Positions 11,066-21,167 of a stretch of 55,777 bases of DNA are shown here, piece after piece. The stretch covers positions 1 through 55,777 of the forward strand of contig CALRBT010000005.1 in the NCBI GenBank assembly GCA_943354475.1, in the 5' to 3' direction. Source of the stretch: Parcubacteria group bacterium (lineage in GTDB: Bacteria > Patescibacteriota > Minisyncoccia > Phycocordibacterales > CALRBT01). Under the pieces are notes generated by a model. The model searched no databases and was not told where the DNA came from. It saw nothing but the letters and a program-made list of their open reading frames with translations. A program made the position numbers and the translations under genes. Numbering within the stretch: position 1 is the first letter of the stretch; every line of letters starts with the position of its first letter.

Positions 11066-11638
11066 ATGTTGGAATATAATGAAATAACCCTACGAAAAGT
11101 AATTGTCCTCGATGGAGAACCTTGTGAAGTCCTCGCTTCACACGTTTTCCGTAAACAGATGCGAAAACCAGTCAATCAAACCAAGCTTAAAAACCTAATT
11201 TCAGGGAAGGTTATCGAGAAAGCTTTCCATGCAATGGAGAAGGCTGAGGAGGCCGATATTACTGAGCGAAATGTCAAATACCTCTACAGTGCTAAGGGTG
11301 ACGTGTGGTTTTGTGAAGAAAATGATCCTAGTAAGCGTTTCGCGATTAAAGAGGACGTCATCGGTGAGCAAATCCGCTGGATGAAAACTAATAGCATTAT
11401 TAAAGCAATTAGCTTTGATGAGAAGGTTATTAGCGTACGTATTCCCGTTAAAGTTGAGCTCAAAGTGACCGAAGCGATGGGGGCAGTTAAGGGAAATACG
11501 GTACAGGGTGGTAGCAAAGAGGTGACCCTTGAAAATGGAACGAGAATCCAAGTACCCATGTTTATTAACGAAGGCGACGTACTCCGTATCAATACCGAGA
11601 CGGGTGAGTATGTGGAACGAGCAGATAAACAAAAATAG
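11066..11638 (+). CDS. efp: Elongation factor P
   Basis: C-terminal LENGTRIQVPMFINEGDVLRINTETGEYVER; start trimmed to ATG 11066. Confidence 0.95.
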   Translation: MLEYNEITLRKVIVLDGEPCEVLASHVFRKQMRKPVNQTKLKNLISGKVIEKAFHAMEKAEEADITERNVKYLYSAKGDVWFCEENDPSKRFAIKEDVIGEQIRWMKTNSIIKAISFDEKVISVRIPVKVELKVTEAMGAVKGNTVQGGSKEVTLENGTRIQVPMFINEGDVLRINTETGEYVERADKQK

Positions 11639-11668
11639 GATTTAAAAAGTAGGAATTGGAAATTAAAA

Positions 11669-11699
11669 GAACCCCTGCAAACATAGCTTGCGGGGGTTC
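11669..11699. terminator. Hairpin terminator between efp and the convergent orphan gene
   Basis: gaacccctgcaa..ttgcgggggttc inverted repeat. Confidence 0.7.
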
Positions 11700-11718
11700 A
11701 AAGTGTCTGAACTTAACC

Positions 11719-11979
11719 CTATTTGGGAGGACAAGGCCTCCATCCATCCCTACCTAAACCTTTATGGTAAACTACTTGTTCCCTTGTGCCGTCCGACTTT
11801 TCTCGCCAACCAATGATATCTGGGTACTCCGGAATCAAGGTGTCGTTATCACCATCCTCTTCTTCCCAAACCCAACGATTGATCTCTGTGCCGACAGATT
11901 GTAGGTAAACAACATCGAGCTTGATGACACCTCTTGCCAGTGCAGAGCGAAGCATCCACTTGGGTGAATCGTTGTGCAT
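11719..11979 (-). CDS. Small orphan hypothetical protein
   Basis: ORF from ATG 11979 (MHNDSPK) with upstream GAGGGGAG SD-like sequence; flanked by hairpins at 11669 and 12013-12049. Confidence 0.5.
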   Translation of the reverse strand: MHNDSPKWMLRSALARGVIKLDVVYLQSVGTEINRWVWEEEDGDNDTLIPEYPDIIGWREKSDGTREQVVYHKGLGRDGWRPCPPK

Positions 11980-12219
11980 AACATAATCTCCCCTCGTTGT
12001 ACTGGGACAACGTAAACCCCCTCGTAGAATCATCATACGAGGGGGTTTATTTGATAAAAATTAGAAATAGAAATATCAACTCAATCCTCTTGCATGAGAT
12101 ATTGAGCTCATATGTGTATTTAAAGTAAAAGTAGGTTGATACATATTAGCTGGTACTATGTACGCAGAAATCTGGAGAGTGATCTCCAGATTTCAAAGTG
12201 GGAACAATATTTGAAAATA

Positions 12220-12429
12220 TTATCTGGAAACGTATGGAAGGAGGCCCATGAATCGTGCTCGTTTGATAGCCTCTGAGAGTGCTCGCTGATGCTTGGCACT
12301 TACCCCTGTCTTCTTGGGTGAAAGAATTCGAGCGTGCGGATTGAGGAACTTCTTCAGCGTCTCGACATCCTTATAGTCGATATGTTTGATATTATTTTGG
12401 GTGAAATAGCACTGTTTTAGATTTTTCAT
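12220..12429 (-). CDS. rpsR: 30S ribosomal protein S18
   Basis: [39 protein letters not shown]. Confidence 0.97.
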   Translation of the reverse strand: MKNLKQCYFTQNNIKHIDYKDVETLKKFLNPHARILSPKKTGVSAKHQRALSEAIKRARFMGLLPYVSR

Positions 12430-12494
12430 AATGTGGGCTTCAGATTAGCAGAAAGTGGTAATTTTGACAAGTTCTGATTAACTAAAGTTCGTTA

Positions 12495-12617
12495 AGGGTT
12501 TGGATAGGTGGATGCAATTCTAGGAGCAAGGAGGCTGATTTCTGTAGACGTACTAAACGTACGGCGGAGGAGATCAACGACGCAGCGACAAAGAAGTGCG
12601 CCTCCTATACGAGCCCT
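12495..12617 (-). repeat. Structured intergenic repeat family A, copy 1 (after the ssb stop)
   Basis: Core similar to copies at 45563 and 48915 (..tgatttctgtagacgtac-loop-gtacggcgga..acgacgcagcgacaaagaa), enclosed in an imperfect outer stem. Confidence 0.8.
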
Positions 12618-13106
12618 CTAAAAAGGGATATCGTCGGGGTTGATATCCTCTTCTGGATACTCAATAGTGTCCAATGCCGCCGACTCTTGAGGTGCAGGAG
12701 CCTTAGATTTGCTTCCTGAACTCGCTGAAGCTGGGGCAGATGAATCCTGTCCAAAGCTTCCACCAGTCCCTCCTGTGCTCGCTCTAGGGCCAAATTGGAG
12801 ACGGTCACAGATGATTTCAGTCCGGTACTTCTTGGTGCCATCTGGAGCATCCCAACTCCTTGTGCTCATCCTGCCTTGTACCAAGACAGAGCTTCCTTTC
12901 TTTAGATAAGAAGAGACCAGGTCAGCCTGTTTTCCAAACACAACAACATTGTGATACTCGACACTCTCCTGTTTAGCTCCTTTGGTATCCTTCCAGACAC
13001 GATTGGTAGCAAGTGAGAAACTGGCCACATTATTACCATTTGGCATCGCACGAATCTCAGGATCACGGGTCAAATTACCAAAAACAAAAGCAATGTTTAA
13101 ATACAT
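12618..13106 (-). CDS. ssb: Single-stranded DNA-binding protein
   Basis: GNLTRDPE OB-fold start, acidic tail DDIPF. Confidence 0.98.
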   Translation of the reverse strand: MYLNIAFVFGNLTRDPEIRAMPNGNNVASFSLATNRVWKDTKGAKQESVEYHNVVVFGKQADLVSSYLKKGSSVLVQGRMSTRSWDAPDGTKKYRTEIICDRLQFGPRASTGGTGGSFGQDSSAPASASSGSKSKAPAPQESAALDTIEYPEEDINPDDIPF

Positions 13107-13147
13107 TCAAATTTTAAATTAGCTATTAAAAACTTTGGAACGTTTTA

Positions 13148-13672
13148 TTAGGCAATAACCAAATCCTCAATAGTCTTATCAAGTTCAGCTTCAGTGATTA
13201 CTGGTTTGTCCACCACCTCTTCATCAACCGTCTTTGTGTCTTTGATGTCTCCTAATACCGGAATAGATTTAAGAACAACTGGTTTCTTAGCAGGCATCGT
13301 GCTCTCTCGAACGGTGTTAATAAGGAGAAATCGAACAAGGTGAGGAAATGCATCAAGGAATTTCTTTAGCTCTAGAGCCTTGCTTCGATCAAGATCAAAC
13401 TTTACCCAAGAGAAATGCGCCTGAGTAACACTCTGTTTCTTACCACCAAGGAGGTACGACATTGGGTAAGCAAGTGGGACCACTGCTACATCACCGGAAG
13501 CGATAAAGTTACCTCCAAATTCTGTAATTTTGGCCTTAATTTTTTCGATTTCACCAGCCACTTCAGAGGCAGGGACGGCAGGAGAAAGGTGGAAGCCAAG
13601 CTCATAAACCTTGCTTTCGCCTGGTTCTAGCTCTACTTCGACGACTTTCTTTGAGATTTTCTTCTTTTCCAT
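13148..13672 (-). CDS. rpsF: 30S ribosomal protein S6 with N- and C-terminal extensions
   Basis: YELGFHLSP, LAYPM, LVRFLLI motifs; rpsF-ssb-rpsR synteny; start trimmed to ATG 13672. Confidence 0.88.
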   Translation of the reverse strand: MEKKKISKKVVEVELEPGESKVYELGFHLSPAVPASEVAGEIEKIKAKITEFGGNFIASGDVAVVPLAYPMSYLLGGKKQSVTQAHFSWVKFDLDRSKALELKKFLDAFPHLVRFLLINTVRESTMPAKKPVVLKSIPVLGDIKDTKTVDEEVVDKPVITEAELDKTIEDLVIA

Positions 13673-13726
13673 AGACTGCAATTTAACACAATGGGCAACC
13701 CCTTGCAACCTACTTACCCCGGACAA

Positions 13727-14536
13727 CTACCTTATATCAAAAACCCTCATGGCATTTGAAACCATGGCCATTTTAACCACCTCAACGTTGTCCCCTTTTA
13801 GTTGAGCAATCCGCTTTACCACCTCCTCAACATAGATTGACTCATTGCGCACTCCTCGGTGAGGTACGGGGGTTACGTAGGGACAGTCGGTCTCACTCAT
13901 AATCATCTCAAGTGGCACTGCCTTAATAACTTCATCATAATCTGAAGTAAAAGTAATCACCCCAGTAAAGGAGAGTGTAAAACCTAAGGTCAGGAACTGT
14001 TTGGCAATGTCGACATTACCAGCAAAGAAGTGGATGTTGCCACGGAGCTTAGATTTGTTGGTCTTACCATATGAAGTAAGAATTTCAAGAATATCCTCGT
14101 AGGCATCCATGGTTCGAGGAGAAGGTCTACCATGGATCATGAGCGGTTTGTCGAATTCAAGCGCAAGTTCAATTTGTTTTTTAAAGAGTGGAACTTGTCG
14201 TTCCTTTTCTTTAATTTTCATCTCAGCGTCCTTAATCCTAAAGTAGTCTATTCCACACTCCCCTACTGCCACCACCCGTTTATTAGATAAAAGAGCACGG
14301 TAAAAGTCAGCGTCAAATGCCTCCGCGCGATTGTCCGCTGGATGCTGTCCAATGCAAGCAAATACTTCCTCATAAAGTTCTGATGTATCGACTGCTTTTT
14401 GCGATGTTTCTCTGTCACAACCAACCGTTATCGTCCAGACATTCCTCTCTTTCATCCGAGCAATCACCTCCGCTCGGTCAGTGTCAAAACCTTCGAAACT
14501 TATGTGTGAATGTGCATCAAAGTATTCTGGTCTCAT
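13727..14536 (-). CDS. tatD: TatD family hydrolase/nuclease
   Basis: DAHSH, GECGIDY, ETDCPY motifs. Confidence 0.95.
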   Translation of the reverse strand: MRPEYFDAHSHISFEGFDTDRAEVIARMKERNVWTITVGCDRETSQKAVDTSELYEEVFACIGQHPADNRAEAFDADFYRALLSNKRVVAVGECGIDYFRIKDAEMKIKEKERQVPLFKKQIELALEFDKPLMIHGRPSPRTMDAYEDILEILTSYGKTNKSKLRGNIHFFAGNVDIAKQFLTLGFTLSFTGVITFTSDYDEVIKAVPLEMIMSETDCPYVTPVPHRGVRNESIYVEEVVKRIAQLKGDNVEVVKMAMVSNAMRVFDIR

Positions 14537-14584
14537 TGGATAGGCGTTAGGTTATAGCTTTTAGGTGATGGGGAGACCAAGATT

Positions 14585-16033
14585 TCAGTCCTTGCGAGGA
14601 AATAAATTTTCTGGTTTTTTGTTAATTCTAGTTGCGTTGATAATTAAATCGGCCGTTTCTGGCAAAAAAGGTTGGAGCATGCAACCAACGCGATATAGAT
14701 TTAATACAAGGTTTACAATAATTTCTTTAGCAGTCTCTGGGCTTTCTTTTAGTAAGGAGAATGGTCTCTTTTCCGTAATTTCTCTATCAAGATCTCCTAT
14801 CTTTGACCATATGTACTCCATGGCCATATTAATTTTATATTCACTCAGAGATTCGTCTATGTAGCCATCTTGAAATGTATACCCATAGTTATCGACCTTA
14901 ACAGGCTCATCGAGATTATCTTGGGCCATTTTCATAATGCGAGCAGAAAGATTACCTAAACCGTTGGCAAGATTTGCATTATAGACCTCTTTAAATTTCT
15001 CCATCGTAAAATCACCGTCGTCGAAGGGAGATATGTGGCGTGCCATATAGTAACGAAATGCGTCTGCACCATATTCGTCAATAACTACATTTGGATCAAT
15101 AACATTACCTATAGTCTTCGACATCTTCTGTCCACCGACGGTAATATAGCCATGAACAAATACTTTTGACGGCAACCTAACACCAGTAGAGAGAAGCATT
15201 GCGGGCCAATAAATCGTGTGGAAACGACTAATCCCCTTACCAATTACATGGACTCTCTCATTAGATTCCTTCCAAAACTTTTCATAATCAGCACCGTCAT
15301 CAGAATATCCAAGTGCGGTTATATAGTTTGAAAGCGCATCAAACCAAACATACATTGTTTGTGTCTCGTCATCAGGAACAGGAATTCCCCACCCCTTAGT
15401 TCTAGCTACGGAACGAGAGATGCTGAAGTCTTCGAGACCTGAGTTAATAAAGCTGAGCACTTCGTTCTTTCTGGTTTGTGGAATTATTTGTAACTCATCT
15501 GATTCAACAAGATTCTTTAGTTTACTTTGATAGTTTGATAGCTTGAAAAAATAATTTTCTTCTTCAACCTCCTCTAACTTTTTTCCTGGATGCTCTGGAC
15601 ACTCACCGTTTACCAAATCTGCTTCTGTCTTGAATTCTTCACAACCAAGACAATACATTCCCTTATAACTTTTTTTATAAATATCTTCTGGTTTACAAGC
15701 TCTCCATAGTTTTTGCGCACCGTCACGATGTCTGGGGTCTACAGAGGTTTGTATAAAATAATCATTTGAGATGTTTAATCTTTTTTCAAGGTCAATAAAC
15801 TCTTTCGCATGCTTATTAACATAATCAGCAACAGGAATCCCTGCCGATTCTGCCGCCTGAACATTTTTCTGGGCATTATCATCAGTGCCACTTAGAAAAA
15901 ACACTGTGTCATCCATCAAACGCCTGTAACGAGCAATGATGTCTGCTTCAATAAATTCCTGTGCATGCCCTAAGTGTGGCTCCGCATTAACATATGGAAT
16001 CGAGCTTGAGATAAAAAATTTTTTTTCTTTCAT
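14585..16033 (-). CDS. metG: Methionine--tRNA ligase (short form, no C-terminal tRNA-binding domain)
   Basis: PYVNAEPHLGH (HIGH-like), YVWFDAL, KMSKT. Confidence 0.96.
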   Translation of the reverse strand: MKEKKFFISSSIPYVNAEPHLGHAQEFIEADIIARYRRLMDDTVFFLSGTDDNAQKNVQAAESAGIPVADYVNKHAKEFIDLEKRLNISNDYFIQTSVDPRHRDGAQKLWRACKPEDIYKKSYKGMYCLGCEEFKTEADLVNGECPEHPGKKLEEVEEENYFFKLSNYQSKLKNLVESDELQIIPQTRKNEVLSFINSGLEDFSISRSVARTKGWGIPVPDDETQTMYVWFDALSNYITALGYSDDGADYEKFWKESNERVHVIGKGISRFHTIYWPAMLLSTGVRLPSKVFVHGYITVGGQKMSKTIGNVIDPNVVIDEYGADAFRYYMARHISPFDDGDFTMEKFKEVYNANLANGLGNLSARIMKMAQDNLDEPVKVDNYGYTFQDGYIDESLSEYKINMAMEYIWSKIGDLDREITEKRPFSLLKESPETAKEIIVNLVLNLYRVGCMLQPFLPETADLIINATRINKKPENLFPRKD

Positions 16034-16043
16034 TGTTTCTTTA

Positions 16044-17108
16044 CTAACTGAGTAATCCTCCGAGACTTTGTCTGTGTTTTTTCACATCATCTACGAACTC
16101 CTGAATAGCAGCCGCGATTGGTACCGACAGAAGTATCCCCAGGAATCCTGCCAGCTTGGCACCAATAATAAGCGCAAGAATGACCAGAATTGCCGGAACC
16201 CCTACCACCTTCTTTACAACCAGCGGATAGAGGAGGTGGTTTTCAAACTGGTGAATGATGAGGTAGATTAATCCTACAATAACCCCAAGATGGACGCCAC
16301 CATCGGTGAGCCCTATGGCAACCCCTGGGATTGCTGCCAAAATCGGTCCAAAAAGTGGAATTAGCTCACAGAAGGCTGCGAAAATCGCCAAGAGAAATGC
16401 GTAGCGAATACCAAAAATCGTCAGCACTAGATAAAGAAAAATACCGACAATAAATCCAAGAAGTAATTGTCCTTGCATCCAAAGCCCTATTTTCATCTGA
16501 GAGCGTCTCCAAAGATCGAGCACATATTTTTGATGTTTCGGTGGAGTGATGAGCTCAAGAAAGTCATCTATTCCGGTTTCTTGCACCGCAAAATAAAAAG
16601 AAAGAACAAAAATCATAACGAAGCTAAAAATGCCACCAAAGACCACATTCACGGTATGCCAAAAACTTGACCCAAGACCAGTTAGTGCGTTTTGAAATTG
16701 TCCAACAGCCTCCCCAATCGGCAGACTGTTGGTTAAATTCTGAATAGTCTGCTCAGAAACCGGCAAGATACTGACCGTTTGGATTGTCTCACTGTTAAGG
16801 TATTGGGGAAGGAGTGCGAGGAAACCTGAAACTTCCTCAAGGAGGGGTGGGACGAAGAAGTACAGGATACCAACGAGTGAAGAAACGATTACTGAATATA
16901 TCAGGATAACTGATGGCACCCTTGGGATTTTATAGACTGCCAGCTTTTTGATAGCAGGCTCAATTGATGAAGCGATAACCACTGCAGTGAGCACAATAAG
17001 CACAATGTCTCGGATATAGTAGAGGACGCCCAAGAGAAGCACAAAAAGAATAGTTTTTATGATCGTACCCGAAGTAATCTCAATGGTAGTATGGGTACCG
17101 ACAGTCAT
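16044..17108 (-). CDS. AI-2E family (PerM-like) transporter
   Basis: Multi-TM; IPLFGPIL, QFENHLLYP, GFLGILLSVPIAA. Confidence 0.9.
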   Translation of the reverse strand: MTVGTHTTIEITSGTIIKTILFVLLLGVLYYIRDIVLIVLTAVVIASSIEPAIKKLAVYKIPRVPSVILIYSVIVSSLVGILYFFVPPLLEEVSGFLALLPQYLNSETIQTVSILPVSEQTIQNLTNSLPIGEAVGQFQNALTGLGSSFWHTVNVVFGGIFSFVMIFVLSFYFAVQETGIDDFLELITPPKHQKYVLDLWRRSQMKIGLWMQGQLLLGFIVGIFLYLVLTIFGIRYAFLLAIFAAFCELIPLFGPILAAIPGVAIGLTDGGVHLGVIVGLIYLIIHQFENHLLYPLVVKKVVGVPAILVILALIIGAKLAGFLGILLSVPIAAAIQEFVDDVKKHRQSLGGLLS

Positions 17109-17148
17109 AGAGGCATCATAGCATCAAACCTAGGCAGACCAAAGAGAG

Positions 17149-18489
17149 TTACTTGATGGAAGATTTGATATGGTCAACTAATTCAGAAACAGGCATCCGC
17201 TTCTGCTCTCCACTGTCACGATCGCGGATAGTCACCGTGTCTTTCATTTCTAGATTCTCACCAAGGGTGTCGAAGTCAATGGTGATACAAAATGGTGTAC
17301 CAATTTCATCTTGTCTTCGGTAGCGTTTACCAATATTTCCATTGTCATCAAAAACAACTTGAGGAATTTCTTTTTTGATCAGCTTGTAGACTTCCCGTGC
17401 TTTGGCGACAAGTTCTGGTTTGTTTTTAAGGAGTGGAAAAATGGCTGCCTTAACTGGAGCAATGCTTGCTGGTAATGCGAGGTACGTCCGCGTCTCGCCA
17501 CCCATTTCATCTTCACGGAAAGCAGAGACTAGCACTGCAAGCAATGTTCTGCCGTGACCAAAAGTTGGCTCAATAACGTGAGGAATAAATTTCTCTTTAG
17601 ATTTTTCATCAAAATAAGATAAGTCTACGCCAGAGCTAGCTGAATGATTCTTTAAGTCATGGTCAGTGCGGTAGGCTAAACCATAGAGCTCTTTCCTTCC
17701 AAAAGGATAATCGAACTCAAAGTCAACGGTGCGCTTGGAGTAATGCGCTCTATCCTCAGGGGCAACCTCCAGTTCGTGAACCATATCTCGTTTAATACCA
17801 ACACGCTCAATCCATCTCCACATTTCCTCTTTCCACATTTGGAAATACTTCTCCCAATCTTCCTCACGGATAAAATATTCGAATTCCATCAGATCAAATT
17901 CCCGAACTCTAAAAAGAAAATCTCTTGGAGCAATCTCATTTCTATATGCCTTACCAATCTGTGCTAAACCAAATGGTAGCTCTGGATGCATCGTATCGAG
18001 AATATTTTTAAAATTAACAAACATTCCTTGAGCAATTTCCCCTCTCAAGTAAGCGATGTCTGTACTACTACTTCCCATACCAACAGGAAACATCAGGTTG
18101 AATGTTTTTTCTTCGCCAAGCTCGCCTCCACAATCTGGACAACTATTTTTCTTTTTGTTTTCTTCGGCAAGGTGGTCAGCCCTAAAACGATGATGGCACT
18201 TTTTGCATTCAATCACTGGGTCCGTAAAACCAGAAAGATGTCCGCTCGCTTTCCACACCGCCTCTGACATAATTGTCGCACTTGAGATACCGAAAATATT
18301 TTCCTGTTCGGAAATAAAATGCTTCCACCATAACTCTTTGATGTTATGAGCGAGTTCTGATCCGTAAGGTCCATAGTCCCACGTACCAGCGAGGCCTCCG
18401 TAAATTTCAGAGCCCTGAAACACAAATCCACGCCTCTTACAGAGTGAGACTATTTTTTCCATTACATTTTCTTTGTTTTCTTTTTCCAT
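17149..18489 (-). CDS. glyQS: Glycine--tRNA ligase (dimeric type)
   Basis: LCKRRGF, AQIGKAYRNEIAP, IGKRYRRQDEIGTP. Confidence 0.97.
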   Translation of the reverse strand: MEKENKENVMEKIVSLCKRRGFVFQGSEIYGGLAGTWDYGPYGSELAHNIKELWWKHFISEQENIFGISSATIMSEAVWKASGHLSGFTDPVIECKKCHHRFRADHLAEENKKKNSCPDCGGELGEEKTFNLMFPVGMGSSSTDIAYLRGEIAQGMFVNFKNILDTMHPELPFGLAQIGKAYRNEIAPRDFLFRVREFDLMEFEYFIREEDWEKYFQMWKEEMWRWIERVGIKRDMVHELEVAPEDRAHYSKRTVDFEFDYPFGRKELYGLAYRTDHDLKNHSASSGVDLSYFDEKSKEKFIPHVIEPTFGHGRTLLAVLVSAFREDEMGGETRTYLALPASIAPVKAAIFPLLKNKPELVAKAREVYKLIKKEIPQVVFDDNGNIGKRYRRQDEIGTPFCITIDFDTLGENLEMKDTVTIRDRDSGEQKRMPVSELVDHIKSSIK

Positions 18490-18510
18490 ATTGGTCTTGA
18501 GTTGAGTTTG

Positions 18511-20445
18511 TTAAGGGGTTACGTTTCCGTCAAATGTCTGTGCACCAACGTCTCCTGTGGTAGTAGTTAGTGTCTGTCCAAAGCCTTGAAGTTTTATCTT
18601 AGTAAACTGGTCTTCTCCAGTTACGACAGGATTCTTGATTACTTCAGGGGAACTCCCAATCTGACTAACACTTGGCAATATGGAAACCTGGAAAGCTGCC
18701 ACCCTCCCAACACTTCCCGTTTGCCTTAAGTCTCCGATATTCCACGTAACTGTTTTTGAATTCTGATCAAACGAGATGTCTTCACCTGCTGGATTTTTAA
18801 CCCCGAGCCATTTCACATAGTTTGGGAGTTGTGCTTCCACCCTAGTGCCTCGCACTATATTTGATGAATTGAGAACTGTAAAGTACACCGTGTACGTTGT
18901 CTCTTTTTCCGCCTTTGGAGGTATCGGACCGGTGTTGGTAAACGGTACGTTGAGGTGAGAAATCCTGGTGTTAAGCAAGAGCTGTGAAGAGAATTTGACT
19001 GTCTTTGAAGCGGTAGCGTTAATTTCCTCCGGTGCGTTCGTATCTCCTACTCGTCTTCCTTTGGCGCTAAGCGCAAGGGAAATTGAGGCATTCTTTAGTC
19101 CAGAAGAGCTCAGTGTCTGTATCGGAAGTGTTGCAAAGTTGAATGTCGCCCTTCCACTCTCTCCTGGTTCAATACGGGCAAGATTTGGAATATTGCTCTT
19201 GTCCCAAATGATTGAGTTACTGAGAGATTGATAGAAACCTTGGTTTGCCTCAACAGAGGCCTTATCAAGAGATGCTCCTGAAAAAGCGACTTGGATGGAT
19301 GCATCCAGAATTGGAGTTGGAAGATTATTACTCCAAGTGATTTCTCCGCGAATCATTTTACCAAAACTAGAAGCGTGTTCTGCCGCACCGTCGCCATCGA
19401 TAGTTAGGTCAACACCAAGAAAAGGTTTTTTAATGATAATTGATCTAGAAAGAGCAGTGAAGGTAGTTTCTAAATTCTTTTCGTTATCTTGACTTTGGAG
19501 TCCAGAAGAGAATTTGAAAATCCTCTCTTCTTCATCCTGGCCTTGGAGCGTCCCCACGAGGCGAATCGTCTTTGTCGTCCCTGGAGCAATGTCTCCAAGT
19601 GTCCAAATATTGTTATCAAAAGCTGGTTTTGGCGTCGCCTCCTTAAACTGGAAACCAAATGGATACTCTGCTTTAAGCAAAACGTTTTGCACAACAGATG
19701 TTGAGTTTGAGGTGATCGTAAAAGTAAAATCAAAAATCTGTCCTGCTGAAATTTCTGTAATAGAGTCGACTGCCACCCGTATCGGTGAAGCATTCATCAG
19801 AATGTCGTAATTAGCGGATTTTGAAAATGTTGCATTTGATCCACTCACTCGGTACTCAAGAAGAAGTCGTATCGTCCTCTTGTCGTTCTCTTCACCAAAA
19901 AGGACCGCTTTTTCGGTTCGTTGGATAATCGCCCCTGATGCCAAGTCACCAATCGTCTCAATACTGCGAGGAAGTGGTGTGGCAAGATTGGTGACACTAC
20001 GTGTGCCGTCTGGATATTCAACAGTCAGCTTTGCACCAAGGAGCGGTATACTATTTTTATTACGAAGCGTTACCGTGAAAGAGAGTGGTTCCCCTCCTCC
20101 AATTGAAATAGGTCCAGTAACACCAAGTTCGATTTTTTCGGCAGAAATTGTGTTTCCTTTTCCATAAAAAAGAAATCCTGAAAAGCCAAGTGCACCAACA
20201 AAAAAAATAACTGAAACAAATAGTAATTTTTGCATAAAGGTAAAGCGAGATGTCGTTGAGGGTTTCTCTGGTAATACCAGTTCCTCACGTCGCCATTCTT
20301 CGGCAACTCCATAACTCTTCTCGTGTAATTCTTCCGCATCAAATCTATCTCTCTCTACCCCTTTCTGTGAGTAGAGTCGTTTTTTCAGCTCTTCAATACG
20401 GCTTTTATCCTCATTTTGATTGGTGCGTCCAGGATTAGGTTCCAT
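18511..20445 (-). CDS. Membrane-anchored Ig-like repeat protein (DUF11-like)
   Basis: Single TM helix, then repeated W-x-(L/I)-G-D-(I/L) beta-sandwich modules. Confidence 0.65.
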   Translation of the reverse strand: MEPNPGRTNQNEDKSRIEELKKRLYSQKGVERDRFDAEELHEKSYGVAEEWRREELVLPEKPSTTSRFTFMQKLLFVSVIFFVGALGFSGFLFYGKGNTISAEKIELGVTGPISIGGGEPLSFTVTLRNKNSIPLLGAKLTVEYPDGTRSVTNLATPLPRSIETIGDLASGAIIQRTEKAVLFGEENDKRTIRLLLEYRVSGSNATFSKSANYDILMNASPIRVAVDSITEISAGQIFDFTFTITSNSTSVVQNVLLKAEYPFGFQFKEATPKPAFDNNIWTLGDIAPGTTKTIRLVGTLQGQDEEERIFKFSSGLQSQDNEKNLETTFTALSRSIIIKKPFLGVDLTIDGDGAAEHASSFGKMIRGEITWSNNLPTPILDASIQVAFSGASLDKASVEANQGFYQSLSNSIIWDKSNIPNLARIEPGESGRATFNFATLPIQTLSSSGLKNASISLALSAKGRRVGDTNAPEEINATASKTVKFSSQLLLNTRISHLNVPFTNTGPIPPKAEKETTYTVYFTVLNSSNIVRGTRVEAQLPNYVKWLGVKNPAGEDISFDQNSKTVTWNIGDLRQTGSVGRVAAFQVSILPSVSQIGSSPEVIKNPVVTGEDQFTKIKLQGFGQTLTTTTGDVGAQTFDGNVTP

Positions 20446-20573
20446 GGAGAAAAGTATACCACAGGAGACAGAGGTTTTAGGGGATAGGTTATGGATATTA
20501 GAGCAAAGCCCAAAGGTAAACCACGTTTTAGTATTTTGGTTTTTGGTTCCAAACCTATACCCTATAGCCTAAT

Positions 20574-21167
20574 TTACAGATGACTCTCACGTAATGACTG
20601 ATTGATTTCAAAAAGCGCCTTCTCGTGACAAGTATTCATTTCATCAATAAGTATCCGATTAAAATGAGTAGCCTGTACGAATCGATCTAGCTCATTATTT
20701 GGCGCAAAGTAACCTAGATGATACAGAATCTTCATAATCATAATGTATTCAAAATTTCGCAATTCATCTTTTGAAAACATCTCTAGACTTAAAAAATCCA
20801 AACTACTTTCAAGGAGTGCGTACAGTTCAATCTGAGGTTCTTCTCCGTGAAGTAAACGTCGGAGTAGCGTAAAAAAGCGAACGATGAGCAGCCGCTCCTC
20901 TCGCCTTGTCTCAAAATTCTTCCAGACACTATCTGGATTACCTGCATTAATTAAGCGCCAGATTTCCTTGCCTCGGACCAATGAGACATCACTCTGACAA
21001 TAGTCCTGCAGAGAAAATCTCAGTTTTGATTTCAGATGTCTCGCTCCGGTCGCTTGGGCACTAAGAAGGCCGAACTCTTTGGTAAAGATGGTGAGAAAAC
21101 GATTTGCTTCGCCGGAGTTGGTTCCTGAGAGGATAAATGCCTTGGTATGGTAAATATGCCTGGACAT
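20574..21167 (-). CDS. recO: DNA repair protein RecO (short)
   Basis: GEANRFLTIFTKEFGLLSAQATGARHLKSKL OB-fold N-terminus. Confidence 0.88.
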   Translation of the reverse strand: MSRHIYHTKAFILSGTNSGEANRFLTIFTKEFGLLSAQATGARHLKSKLRFSLQDYCQSDVSLVRGKEIWRLINAGNPDSVWKNFETRREERLLIVRFFTLLRRLLHGEEPQIELYALLESSLDFLSLEMFSKDELRNFEYIMIMKILYHLGYFAPNNELDRFVQATHFNRILIDEMNTCHEKALFEINQSLRESHL

